DNA of 64,000 nucleotides from an uncultured Eubacteriales bacterium (GTDB lineage Bacteria; Bacillota; Clostridia; Oscillospirales; Acutalibacteraceae). Every line of letters starts with the position of its first letter. Within the stretch, counting starts at the first letter, position 1. Made by a program: the position numbers and the translations under genes. The notes beneath the pieces are model-generated. The model searched no databases, was not told the DNA's origin, and was given only the letters and a program-made list of their open reading frames with translations. Below are positions 52,900-62,172 of this stretch, in pieces. The DNA lies in assembly GCA_934445015.1 (NCBI GenBank), contig CAKSDJ010000001.1:17985-81984 (forward strand), read 5' to 3'.

Positions 52900-53631
52900 T
52901 CAGTAACCCCCTTTTGCTTTGCGGTATGCAGCCGATTCGGTATTTTCAAAATCGGGAACAGAACCCAAAAGCGGCACTTCAAAATTGGCGGTGAAATCGT
53001 CTTCACCCTTAATTGAGCGATTCATTGATTCAATTATAAATACTATGGCGTATGCCGCAACAGCGCCTACAACGCCTGCAACAAACGTGCTTGTCATAGT
53101 GCGCGGATAAGTTTTTGTTGCTTTGATTGCGGTAGACGCAACCATTGCACGCGCGCTGGGTATAAACTCCGGTATATACTCGCAAGATATTTCGACAAAT
53201 TTATTTGCTATCCGCATAGCCTCTTTTGGGTCGGTGCTTGAAAAAGTAACATCAACAAACAGGGTGTCCTCGGTTCTTCTTGCAACCGAACTGCGGCCCA
53301 TAAGATTTTGATACTCGTATCCGTCACCCAACTGGTCGGCAACCTTTTTGTATATATCGGGTGTATTCAAAATATCAACTACCGTGTATGCAAGATACAA
53401 CGACGCCGATATATCGCTGCCTGAAACCTTGTCGCTTGTTTCATTAAACGACGTTGTAACGGCACCGTTTGTTACTATGATAGACGCTGTTGAACTGCAC
53501 CTCGGTATCACAAAGAATTTACAGTATGTAAATACGATTGCGGCGCAGCATACTGCCGAAAGCACTATAATCCACAATCTGTGCCACGCAAGCATCAACA
53601 AATCTGTAATATTTATTGATTTTTCTTCCAT
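52900..53631 (-). CDS. cpsC: Wzz/CpsC-type chain-length determinant (BY-kinase transmembrane modulator)
   Basis: Two TM segments flank an extracytoplasmic loop. The N-terminus reads INITDLLMLAWHRLWIIVL. The gene stops 1 nt before the cpsD start. Confidence 0.85.
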   Translation of the reverse strand: MEEKSINITDLLMLAWHRLWIIVLSAVCCAAIVFTYCKFFVIPRCSSTASIIVTNGAVTTSFNETSDKVSGSDISASLYLAYTVVDILNTPDIYKKVADQLGDGYEYQNLMGRSSVARRTEDTLFVDVTFSSTDPKEAMRIANKFVEISCEYIPEFIPSARAMVASTAIKATKTYPRTMTSTFVAGVVGAVAAYAIVFIIESMNRSIKGEDDFTANFEVPLLGSVPDFENTESAAYRKAKGGY

Positions 53632-53716
53632 TATATTCCTCTTCTCAAAATAAATTAGATATGTTCGCAATACATAGTATATGATAACACTTCAAAGTGT
53701 TTTTTTCAAGATTTTT

Positions 53717-54850
53717 TTATTTGGCATATTGTGTATAAAGGTTGATCTGGTCGTAGACCGTAGGCCACAAACCGTTGCCCTTAAAAGTTACACACACATA
53801 ATCTGCGCCGTTTTCGCTTTCGCTTTTGCCGAATGACGCTATACAATAGCCCGATTCGCTTACAAATCCGGTTTTGCCGCCCAGAATATCAGCGCCTTCA
53901 GGCTCGGTGCCGTACATATGACCGAACAGCGTGCTTGTAAGCAGTATTCCTTCAGGATGCTGCGGCGTTGCCGCCGTTGTGTACTGATAGGCAGAAAGCA
54001 CTTTTTTGCAAAGTTCGTTTTCCATAGCCGCTCTGACAATAACCGCCATATCCTCAGGCGTGGTGTAATGGTCTTTATCAAAAAGACCGGTCGCGTTTGT
54101 AAAATGAGTGTTTTTAAGTCCGAGTTCATCGGCTTTTTTATTCATCAGTTTTACAAATTCTTCTTCACTGCCTGCTATTTTGATTGCAAGGCCTGCGCAG
54201 GCATCTGCACCCGAAGGCAATATTGTGCCGTAGAGCATATCGGTCATATTGACCGATTCACCGTTTGAAAAACCTGCCATTGTGGCGTTTTGGATAAAAA
54301 ACGGATCGGTGATCTCATAACTGAACGTAAATGTATCATCATAGTTTTTTATGTTTTCAACCGCTGTAAGCAGCGTCATTATTTTTGTTGTCGAAGCAGG
54401 ATAGCATTTTTGGGTGCTGTTGCGTTCGGCTGCAATTTTATTTGTGTTGCAATTGACAACTATAACACATTCGCTTTGAATATCCGAGCCTATCTGCGCG
54501 GTGTTTGCATCAGCAAGCGCAAACAGGTTTTCGGCTTTTTCATCCTTTACCGCCCTTGCGGTGTTTTGAGCAGAGCCGCTGTCCGAAAGAACATTACCCT
54601 CATCCGCCTTTGCCTTTTTAGGCCAAAACGCAACTGCCAGCACTATGATAAGCAGTGCGGCAACAGCCGCAAACACCCACGGCCGCAATCTGAAAACGCC
54701 GCCGTAAATTTTTTTGGGTTTACGGTTCGGTTCAGACGCGTGACTACGGTTTGTCAAAGACTCGCTTTCAGAGTTTTTTTCTTTGTTAAGTCTTTTTTCA
54801 ACGGCAGAAAAATATTCACCGTAATCTTTATTATTAAAATTATATGACAT
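53717..54850 (-). CDS. D-alanyl-D-alanine carboxypeptidase (peptidase S11, PBP5-like) with an N-terminal membrane anchor
   Basis: SxxK motif PASTTKIMT, an SGN-like LPSGAD motif, and KTG (GGKTGF). Confidence 0.88.
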   Translation of the reverse strand: MSYNFNNKDYGEYFSAVEKRLNKEKNSESESLTNRSHASEPNRKPKKIYGGVFRLRPWVFAAVAALLIIVLAVAFWPKKAKADEGNVLSDSGSAQNTARAVKDEKAENLFALADANTAQIGSDIQSECVIVVNCNTNKIAAERNSTQKCYPASTTKIMTLLTAVENIKNYDDTFTFSYEITDPFFIQNATMAGFSNGESVNMTDMLYGTILPSGADACAGLAIKIAGSEEEFVKLMNKKADELGLKNTHFTNATGLFDKDHYTTPEDMAVIVRAAMENELCKKVLSAYQYTTAATPQHPEGILLTSTLFGHMYGTEPEGADILGGKTGFVSESGYCIASFGKSESENGADYVCVTFKGNGLWPTVYDQINLYTQYAK

Positions 54851-54885
54851 ACTTTCCGCCTCTTAGAATTTTTAAACTTCCTGTT

Positions 54886-55707
54886 TTAAAATTTGCGGCC
54901 TGCGCCGCCGCCGCCAAACGAGCCTCCGCCACCGCTGAAGCCGCCGAATGAACCGCCGCTGCCGCTGCCGAAACCGCCGTGATTGTTAAATCCGCCGCCG
55001 CCGAAAAACTGCGGACCGCCGAATATAAACAAACCGCCCCTGCGACCAAATATAAGAAAATAAACCACAACTATTGCAATAAGCGCCGCCCACGAAATCA
55101 GAACTTTTGATGCTGATACGTCGTCTTCGGTGTCGCCCTGCAGCAAAACCGTTACAGGCGTATAGCCCTCTTCGGGCTCGATGCCGTATTCAATATATAT
55201 TTCATTTACAACGCAACTGTATATCTGTTTTAAGCCTTCGGAAAAATTATCGGCAGAAAAATACTGCATACCGTAGTTATCGATAATTCTGCCGACCTTG
55301 CTGTCGTTAAGCGCGCCCTCAAGCCCGTAGCCGACCGCAATATAGACCTCGCGGTCCTGTTTTGAAAGCAAAACGACAACACCGTTATCCTTGTCGGCGT
55401 CGCCGACGCCCCACTTGCGGCCGAGTTCCAATGCGTAAGTTTCTATAGGGGTGCCGTTTAAACTTTCAATTGTTACAACTACCGCCTGAGCGGCTGTTTT
55501 TTCACTTAAATTTGCGCCCTCGGTGCAAATGGTAAGCGAATCCTCATCGGTTATTACATCGGCGAAATCGTTTACAAAAAATTCTTCTGTAGGCGACGGA
55601 TAATTTTCGGTTTCGCTTTCGCAACCGCACAGTGCAAAAACCGTTGCAACGGCGCAAAGCGCCGCTGCCTCCACGCGAAATATTCGCAAAATCTTTTTTA
55701 TACTCAT
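54886..55707 (-). CDS. TPM-domain (YgcG-like) lipoprotein with a Gly-rich C-terminal tail
   Basis: It has a lipobox (FALCGC), a TPM domain (FVNDFADVITDED..VVVTIESLNG..), a TM segment and a GGGxF tail. It sits next to lemA, as is typical. Confidence 0.85.
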   Translation of the reverse strand: MSIKKILRIFRVEAAALCAVATVFALCGCESETENYPSPTEEFFVNDFADVITDEDSLTICTEGANLSEKTAAQAVVVTIESLNGTPIETYALELGRKWGVGDADKDNGVVVLLSKQDREVYIAVGYGLEGALNDSKVGRIIDNYGMQYFSADNFSEGLKQIYSCVVNEIYIEYGIEPEEGYTPVTVLLQGDTEDDVSASKVLISWAALIAIVVVYFLIFGRRGGLFIFGGPQFFGGGGFNNHGGFGSGSGGSFGGFSGGGGSFGGGGAGRKF

Positions 55708-55708
55708 A

Positions 55709-56284
55709 TTAACTGAAATCTACCGTAGGCACCTGGTTTGCAGATTCGTCAGACTCAAAATAGTCAACCTTTTCAAAACCGAAAACAGACGCCGCTATAT
55801 TAGCCGGAAATTTGCGTATTGACGTGTTATACTCTTTTGCCGCCTTGTTATAATCATTTCGTGCGGTAGCAATGCGGTTTTCACTGCCTGCAAGTTCATC
55901 CTGCAAAGCAAGATACTGTTCATTTGCCTTGAGTTCGGGGTATGCTTCGGTTACGGCGTTTACCCAGATATCAATGGCGCTGTCAAGCTGAGCCGACGCT
56001 TTTGCCTGCTCCTCTACTCCGCTTGCCTTGCTTACCGCAGAACGAGCCTCGGTTACGGCAGTATATGTTTTTTGCTCATAATCGCTGTAACCTTTTACCG
56101 TGTTTACAAAGTTAGGTATTAAGTCGGCGCGGCGCTGCAAATAAATCGAAATGTTTGAATGTGCCTTGTCGACCTTTTCTTCCATATCTACAAACCTGTT
56201 ATAACTTGACGCAAACGAGCCTGCAATTATTGCAATAACGGCAACTATTACCGCAAGTGTTATCCATAAACTTTTCTTTTTCAT
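55709..56284 (-). CDS. lemA: LemA family protein
   Basis: N-terminal TM segment, then SYNRFV..EKVDKAHSNI..QRRADLIPN..ELAGSENRIATARNDYN is the LemA signature. Confidence 0.92.
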   Translation of the reverse strand: MKKKSLWITLAVIVAVIAIIAGSFASSYNRFVDMEEKVDKAHSNISIYLQRRADLIPNFVNTVKGYSDYEQKTYTAVTEARSAVSKASGVEEQAKASAQLDSAIDIWVNAVTEAYPELKANEQYLALQDELAGSENRIATARNDYNKAAKEYNTSIRKFPANIAASVFGFEKVDYFESDESANQVPTVDFS

Positions 56285-57456
56285 TGTTTTAACTCCTTTA
56301 TAAATGAGTTTATTCTGTTTAAAGCCTCGATTATATGTTCGGTGCTGTAGCAGTATGAAGCCCTTACAAAACCTTCGCCGCCTTTGCCGAAAGCCGTACC
56401 CGGAACCACGGCGACGTGTTTGCTTTCAAGCAGTTTTTCGCAAAACTCATCGCTTGTAAGACCTGTGCTTTTAATACACGGAAAAGCGTAAAAAGCACCT
56501 TTTGGGTCGCGGCAGGTAAGCCCTGCTTTATTAAAGCCGCTTACCATAAGCCTGCGTCTGCGGTTGTATTCGGCTTTCATATCGGCTACCGCCTCATCAC
56601 AGTTTTTAAGTGCCTCTATTGCGGCGTACTGTGAAACCGTAGGCGCGCACATTATTGCAAACTGATGTATTTTTGTAATCTGTTTTATAATTTCTTTGGG
56701 TCCGCAGGCAAATCCCAAACGCCAGCCTGTCATTGAAAAAGTTTTTGAAAAACCGTTTACAAGCACGGTGCGCTCGCGCATACCGTTAACCGACGCAATT
56801 GAAACGTGACCCTCATCGGTAAAGGTAAGTTCAGAATAAATCTCATCCGAAATCACAAGAATATTTGTATCACGCAAAACATCCGCTATTGCCTCAAGGT
56901 CGGCGCGCTCCATAACGGCACCCGTTGGGTTGCACGGATACGGCAATATCAACGCCTTTGTTTTTTTGCTTATTGCCCCTTTAAGTTGCTCTGCGGTTAT
57001 TTTGAAATCGTCTTCGGCACGGGTTTCAATTATTACCGGCACACCGCCTAACAGTTCTGTTATCGGTTCATAACAAACATAAGACGGTTGTGGTATAATA
57101 ACCTCGTCACCGGGCGATATTACCGCGCGAAGCGCTGTGTCGATTGCCTCACTGCCGCCTACCGACAGCAAAATTTCGCTTTGGGGGTCGTATGTTACGC
57201 CGCATTTACGGTTTATATATTTTGAAATTTCTTCTCTTAAAGCGATAAGTCCCGAATTTGAGGTGTACTTAGTTTTTCCGTTTTCAAGGGCGGTTATTCC
57301 CGCTTTTCTGACTATCCACGGGGTCTGAAAATCAGGCTCGCCCACACCTAACGATATAACGTCGTCCATTGTTGCGGCAATGTCGAAAAACTTGCGTATA
57401 CCCGACGGTTTTATATTTTGCACCGTTTCGGTAAGCAGTTTTGAATAGTCTATCAT
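56281..57456 (-). CDS. Class I/II pyridoxal-phosphate-dependent aminotransferase
   Basis: GEPDF, NPTG and the FSKTFSMTGWRLG block (PLP lysine). The start overlaps the stop of the Lrp gene. Confidence 0.93.
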   Translation of the reverse strand: MIDYSKLLTETVQNIKPSGIRKFFDIAATMDDVISLGVGEPDFQTPWIVRKAGITALENGKTKYTSNSGLIALREEISKYINRKCGVTYDPQSEILLSVGGSEAIDTALRAVISPGDEVIIPQPSYVCYEPITELLGGVPVIIETRAEDDFKITAEQLKGAISKKTKALILPYPCNPTGAVMERADLEAIADVLRDTNILVISDEIYSELTFTDEGHVSIASVNGMRERTVLVNGFSKTFSMTGWRLGFACGPKEIIKQITKIHQFAIMCAPTVSQYAAIEALKNCDEAVADMKAEYNRRRRLMVSGFNKAGLTCRDPKGAFYAFPCIKSTGLTSDEFCEKLLESKHVAVVPGTAFGKGGEGFVRASYCYSTEHIIEALNRINSFIKELKQ

Positions 57457-57935
57457 AACCAGAACTGCCCCCTGTCATCCGGCTTGTTTTCGCAAAGTTT
57501 AACATCCATCTCTTTATAACGGCGCATAACAAAATGTGTAGTTGTTGACGTAACCGAGTCGATTGTTGCAAGTTCACGCGCAACAAAACGCGCAACATCC
57601 TGCAAGGTTTTGCCCTTGACAACCACGTTAAGGTCATACACGCCCGACATAAGATACACCGATTCGACCTCAGGGTAAGCGGCTATTTTTTCGGCGACCT
57701 CTTCAAAGCCGAGATCCGCTTTCGGAACAACGTTTATTTCAATAATCGCAGAAACATATTTGTCACCTGCGCAGTCCCAGTCTATAACCGCCTTGTATCC
57801 GCAGATAACACCGTCTTTTTCAAGTTCCGCTATGGCTTTTTTTATATCATCTTCTGTTGTATCGATCATAGCCGCAAGTTCTTCGGTTGTGTAACGCGCG
57901 TTGCGGCTGAGCAGTTTTAAAAGTTCGTTTTTCAT
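57453..57935 (-). CDS. Lrp/AsnC family transcriptional regulator
   Basis: The N-terminal HTH reads LLKLLSRNARYTTEELAAMIDTTEDDIKKAIAELEKDGVI, followed by a C-terminal RAM domain. Confidence 0.92.
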   Translation of the reverse strand: MKNELLKLLSRNARYTTEELAAMIDTTEDDIKKAIAELEKDGVICGYKAVIDWDCAGDKYVSAIIEINVVPKADLGFEEVAEKIAAYPEVESVYLMSGVYDLNVVVKGKTLQDVARFVARELATIDSVTSTTTHFVMRRYKEMDVKLCENKPDDRGQFWL

Positions 57936-58073
57936 AGAAATACCTCCGAGAGTATATTTATCTGATTATAATTATAAATGGATATGCGGTTTTGTCAACC
58001 CAAAATAAGAATATTGAAAAGATTTGCATTGTGTGGTAAAATAATAAAATTAACCATCGGGAGTGTGAATTTT

Positions 58074-59438
58074 GTGTCAGAACGTACCGTAGCGGCAATT
58101 GCCACGCCGCTTGGCGAAGGCGGCATAAGCGTTATAAGAATTTCGGGCACGGAGGCAATAAGAGTTGCCGACCGCTGCTTTAAATCCTTTTCGGGTAAAA
58201 AGTTGTGCGAACTGTGCGGCTACCATGCTTTATACGGCAACGTTACCGACAGCGACGGCACCGTTTTGGACGACGCGGTGGCGCTTGTTTTTCGCGCTCC
58301 TAAAAGCTATACCGGCGAAGATGTTGTTGAAATTTCGGTTCACGGCGGCAGAATAGTTACGCGTCAGGTATTACGCCGTGTGCTTGAATGCGGAGCGGTG
58401 GCGGCGGCAGGCGGAGAATTTACAAAACGCGCATTTTTAAACGGAAAATTAGACCTCACAAAAGCCGAAAGCGTTATGGCTTTAATATCGGCACAAAATG
58501 AGTCGGCGGTTAAAATATCACGCGGTGCGCGCGAAGGCAGAATAAGCCGCGATACCGAAGGCATACTTGACAAACTGCTTGAAACCGCAGCGTCTTTGGC
58601 GGCTTTTGCCGATTACCCCGATGAGGATATACCCGGACTTTCGCCTCAGAATTTTTGCGCGCTTTTAAATGAGTGTAAAAACAAATGCGAAAAACTGCTT
58701 TCTACCTATGACGCAGGGCGCATTGTATGCGAAGGCGTTAACTGTGCGATAGTAGGCAAACCGAACGTTGGCAAATCAACTCTTATGAATATGCTTTGCG
58801 GCAGTGAACGCTCAATAGTGACCGACATTGCCGGCACCACGCGCGACGTTATAGAAACCACCGTCAGTGTCGGTGATATAACACTTAATCTTGCCGATAC
58901 GGCAGGTATTCGCACAACGTCCGACACGGTAGAGCAGTTCGGAGTTGACCGCGCAGTCAAAAAAATCGATGATGCACAGCTGCTGCTTGCCGTGTTTGAC
59001 TGCTCCGAAAGTATTGATGACGATGACAGGCGGTTGATTGAAAATATCAGGTCAAAAAAGTGCATCGTTGTTCTCAACAAGACCGACCTGCCCGAAAAAA
59101 CCGACCGTTCGGCATTTGTGGGCCTTGAAACGGTTGAAATATCGGCAAAAAACGGTTTGGGTTATACGGAGTTATGCGATAAAATAAACCGTATATGCAG
59201 TGTACGTATGTTATCACCCGATGATACCGTTTTGATAAACGAACGCCAGCGCGACTGCGTTTACCGCGCGCTTGAGGCAATAAATTCGGCAATAGAGGCA
59301 ATAGAATCGGGCATTACGCTTGACGCGGTGGGTACCTGTGTCGACGACGCCGTTGCCGCTTTACTTGAACTTACAGGCAAGCGGGTAACAAACGAGGTCT
59401 GCGACGAAATATTCAAAAGATTTTGCGTTGGCAAATAA
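58074..59438 (+). CDS. mnmE: tRNA modification GTPase MnmE
   Basis: GTG at 58074 follows GGGAG. TVAAIATPLGEGGISVIRISG, G-domain motifs GKPNVGKST and DTAG, and the C-terminal FCVGK. Confidence 0.95.
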   Translation: MSERTVAAIATPLGEGGISVIRISGTEAIRVADRCFKSFSGKKLCELCGYHALYGNVTDSDGTVLDDAVALVFRAPKSYTGEDVVEISVHGGRIVTRQVLRRVLECGAVAAAGGEFTKRAFLNGKLDLTKAESVMALISAQNESAVKISRGAREGRISRDTEGILDKLLETAASLAAFADYPDEDIPGLSPQNFCALLNECKNKCEKLLSTYDAGRIVCEGVNCAIVGKPNVGKSTLMNMLCGSERSIVTDIAGTTRDVIETTVSVGDITLNLADTAGIRTTSDTVEQFGVDRAVKKIDDAQLLLAVFDCSESIDDDDRRLIENIRSKKCIVVLNKTDLPEKTDRSAFVGLETVEISAKNGLGYTELCDKINRICSVRMLSPDDTVLINERQRDCVYRALEAINSAIEAIESGITLDAVGTCVDDAVAALLELTGKRVTNEVCDEIFKRFCVGK

Positions 59439-59477
59439 TTTTAACTTTTTAAAAGTCCGTATAAAGAAGGATATGTT

Positions 59478-61358
59478 ATGATAAAAGAATACAAAGCCGA
59501 AAATTACGATGTTGCAGTGATAGGCGGCGGCCACGCCGGAATTGAAGCGGCGCTTGCTCCTGCAAGACTTGGCTGCAAAACCATTATGTTTACAATAAAC
59601 CTTGACTGGGTCGGCAATATGCCCTGTAACCCGTCAATAGGCGGCACCGCAAAAGGTCACCTTGTGCGCGAACTTGACGCGCTGGGCGGTGAAATGGGCA
59701 AAGCGGCAGACAAAAACACCCTGCAAAGCCGAATGTTAAACCGCGGCAAAGGCCCTGCCGTTTATTCGCTGCGTGCTCAAATAGACCGACGCGCTTACAG
59801 CGGATATATGAAAAGCGTTGTTGAGCGTCAAAAAAATCTTGACGTAAAACAGGCAGAAATAGTAAACGTTGAAAAACGCGACGACGGGCTTTGGCACTGC
59901 ATAACACGGCTCGGCGCAGATTACGCCTGCAAATGCGTAATCCTTGCAACAGGTACTTTTTTGGGCGGCAGAGTTTACATAGGCGAAGTAAATTATGAAA
60001 GCGGACCCGACGGCAATTTTCCGGCTACCGAACTTTCGGCGTCGCTTAAAAAACTGAATATTCCGTTAAGGCGTTTTAAAACCGGCACCCCTGCCAGAGT
60101 GTCGCGCGGCAGTATTGATTTTGAAAAACTTGAAATTCAAACAGGCGATGAGCAGGTGGTTCCGTTTAGTTATCAAACATCAACTCCGCCCGAAAACAAA
60201 GTTGTTTGCCATATTGCGTACACCAACGATGAAACCAAAAGAATAATACTTGAAAACCTGAACCGCTCACCGCTTTATGCCGGCGATATTGAAGGCGTAG
60301 GTCCGCGTTACTGCCCCAGCATTGAGGATAAGATCGTGCGTTTTGCCGATAAAAAGCGCCATCAGCTTTTTATTGAACCGTGCGGAGAAAATACCGATGA
60401 AATGTATCTGCAGGGTATGTCGTCATCATTACCCGAAGAGGTTCAGACTCAATTTTACCGCACCATCAAAGGGCTTGAAAACGTTAAAATAATGCGCACG
60501 GCATACGCGATAGAGTATGACTGCATAGACCCTCTGGCGCTTTACGCGACGCTTGAAATCAAAGAGCAGAACGGATTGTTCGGAGCAGGTCAGTTCAACG
60601 GTTCATCGGGGTATGAAGAGGCTGCCGTTCAGGGATTCGTTGCCGGTGTAAACGCCGCGCACAAAGTACTTGGGCGCGAGCCGTTAGTGCTTTCGCGTTC
60701 ATCTTCATACATAGGCACCTTAATCGACGACCTTGTTACAAAAGGCTGTTCAGACCCGTATCGGATGATGACCTCGCGCAGTGAATACAGATTGCTTTTG
60801 CGTCAGGACAATGCCGATGAACGCCTTATGCCTACGGGTCACAAATTGGGCCTTATAAGCGAATCGGAGTATCAGGCGTTTTTAAGCCGCTTAAACCTCA
60901 AAAATCGTGAAATCGAACGCGCAAAGTCGGTGTTTTTGGCACCGTGCGAAGATCTTAACGCTATGCTTGAAGAGCGCGGAACTGCGCTTATTACCACCGG
61001 CACACGGCTTTCGGACCTTATAAAACGCCCCCAGCTTGATTACAACTGTTTGGCTCCGTTTGATAACGGCAGGCCCGAACTTTCGGCTGATATTTGCGAA
61101 AAAGTTGAAATTGAAATTAAATATGAAGGATATATAAAACGCCAGCAGGTACAGGTTGAAGATATGCTGCGTCTTGAAAACAAACTTATACCGCAGAATT
61201 TTGACTATTCCGAAATTCACGGTCTGCGGCTTGAAGCGGTAGAAAAGTTAAACAGAATAAGGCCCGAAAACATAGGTCAGGCCTCTCGCATATCGGGGGT
61301 CAGCCCTGCGGATGTATCCGTACTTCTCATATATCTTTCAAAACAGAGGTTTTTATGA
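59478..61358 (+). CDS. mnmG: tRNA uridine 5-carboxymethylaminomethyl modification enzyme MnmG (GidA)
   Basis: YDVAVIGGGHAGIEAA (FAD motif), GPRYCPSIEDK and GQFNGSSGYEEAA. Confidence 0.97.
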   Translation: MIKEYKAENYDVAVIGGGHAGIEAALAPARLGCKTIMFTINLDWVGNMPCNPSIGGTAKGHLVRELDALGGEMGKAADKNTLQSRMLNRGKGPAVYSLRAQIDRRAYSGYMKSVVERQKNLDVKQAEIVNVEKRDDGLWHCITRLGADYACKCVILATGTFLGGRVYIGEVNYESGPDGNFPATELSASLKKLNIPLRRFKTGTPARVSRGSIDFEKLEIQTGDEQVVPFSYQTSTPPENKVVCHIAYTNDETKRIILENLNRSPLYAGDIEGVGPRYCPSIEDKIVRFADKKRHQLFIEPCGENTDEMYLQGMSSSLPEEVQTQFYRTIKGLENVKIMRTAYAIEYDCIDPLALYATLEIKEQNGLFGAGQFNGSSGYEEAAVQGFVAGVNAAHKVLGREPLVLSRSSSYIGTLIDDLVTKGCSDPYRMMTSRSEYRLLLRQDNADERLMPTGHKLGLISESEYQAFLSRLNLKNREIERAKSVFLAPCEDLNAMLEERGTALITTGTRLSDLIKRPQLDYNCLAPFDNGRPELSADICEKVEIEIKYEGYIKRQQVQVEDMLRLENKLIPQNFDYSEIHGLRLEAVEKLNRIRPENIGQASRISGVSPADVSVLLIYLSKQRFL

Positions 61359-62071
61359 TAGATTTTAATATTGAAAAAATTATACCTGTGTGCAGCGGCT
61401 TTGGCGTTACACTTGACAAAACCGCCGTAGAGAGGCTGAATATTTACGGTAATATGCTGCTTGAGTGGAACAAGAAAATAAATCTTACCGCCATAACCGA
61501 ACCGGAAGAAGTTTTGTACAAACATTTTTTAGACTGCCTTATGTTTTTTAAAAACGCAGACGTAAAACAAAACGCCAAAATAATTGATGTAGGCACGGGG
61601 GCGGGTTTTCCGGGTATGGTACTTAAAACGGCACGGCCCGACATTGACCTTACCCTGCTTGACGGATTAAATAAGCGGCTTGTATTTCTAAACGCCGTTT
61701 CCGAAAAACTCGGTTTGCAGGTAAAGACAGTTCATCTGCGAGCAGAAGACGGCGGCAAAAACCCCGAATACCGCGAACGGTATGATATTGCCTGTGCGCG
61801 CGCCGTAGCGAATTTGCCCGTGCTTTGCGAATACTGCATACCGTTTGTAAAGGTCGGCGGTTATTTTGTAGCGATGAAGGGCGCTTCGGTAAAAGATGAA
61901 GCCGACGCCGCTCAAAATGCCTTTAAAATACTCGGGTGCGAAAAACCCCGTATTATATGCGAAAAATTGCGTGAAAATGAGTCCCGCGCATTTTGCATAG
62001 CCGAAAAGTTATCGCAAACCCCGACAAAATATCCGCGTATGGGCGGCAAAATATCAAAAAGTGCCTTATAA
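61355..62071 (+). CDS. rsmG: 16S rRNA (guanine527-N7)-methyltransferase RsmG (GidB)
   Basis: LLEWNKKINLTAIT, DVGTGAGFPG (SAM motif) and ARAVA. The start overlaps the mnmG stop. Confidence 0.95.
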   Translation: MIDFNIEKIIPVCSGFGVTLDKTAVERLNIYGNMLLEWNKKINLTAITEPEEVLYKHFLDCLMFFKNADVKQNAKIIDVGTGAGFPGMVLKTARPDIDLTLLDGLNKRLVFLNAVSEKLGLQVKTVHLRAEDGGKNPEYRERYDIACARAVANLPVLCEYCIPFVKVGGYFVAMKGASVKDEADAAQNAFKILGCEKPRIICEKLRENESRAFCIAEKLSQTPTKYPRMGGKISKSAL

Positions 62072-62172
62072 AAAGGCACTTTTTATTTTTTTGTGTCAAA
62101 TTGACCCGACCGAAAAAACTTTACAAATCAAAAATTTTACCGCATAATTAAACCTGCAAGGAGGAAAAGCCT

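Noticed and set aside
54886-55030. GC-rich repetitive DNA (GCCGCC/GCCGCT runs).
   Set aside because: It encodes the Gly-rich C-terminal tail (GGGGFNNHGGFGSGSGGSFGG..) that is standard for YgcG/TPM proteins. It is not a mobile or CRISPR-type repeat.
54840-55070. A 76-aa Ala-rich ORF that overlaps the start of the PBP5-like gene and the end of the TPM gene.
   Set aside because: It is an alternate-frame reading of the GGC/GCC-rich Gly tail of the TPM protein. It has no RBS and low complexity.
57936-62172. A possible chromosomal replication origin, suggested by the mnmE/mnmG/rsmG/noc context.
   Set aside because: There is no dnaA gene, no cluster of TTATCCACA boxes and no AT-rich unwinding element flanked by boxes. 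The intergenic regions here are short (under 140 bp).
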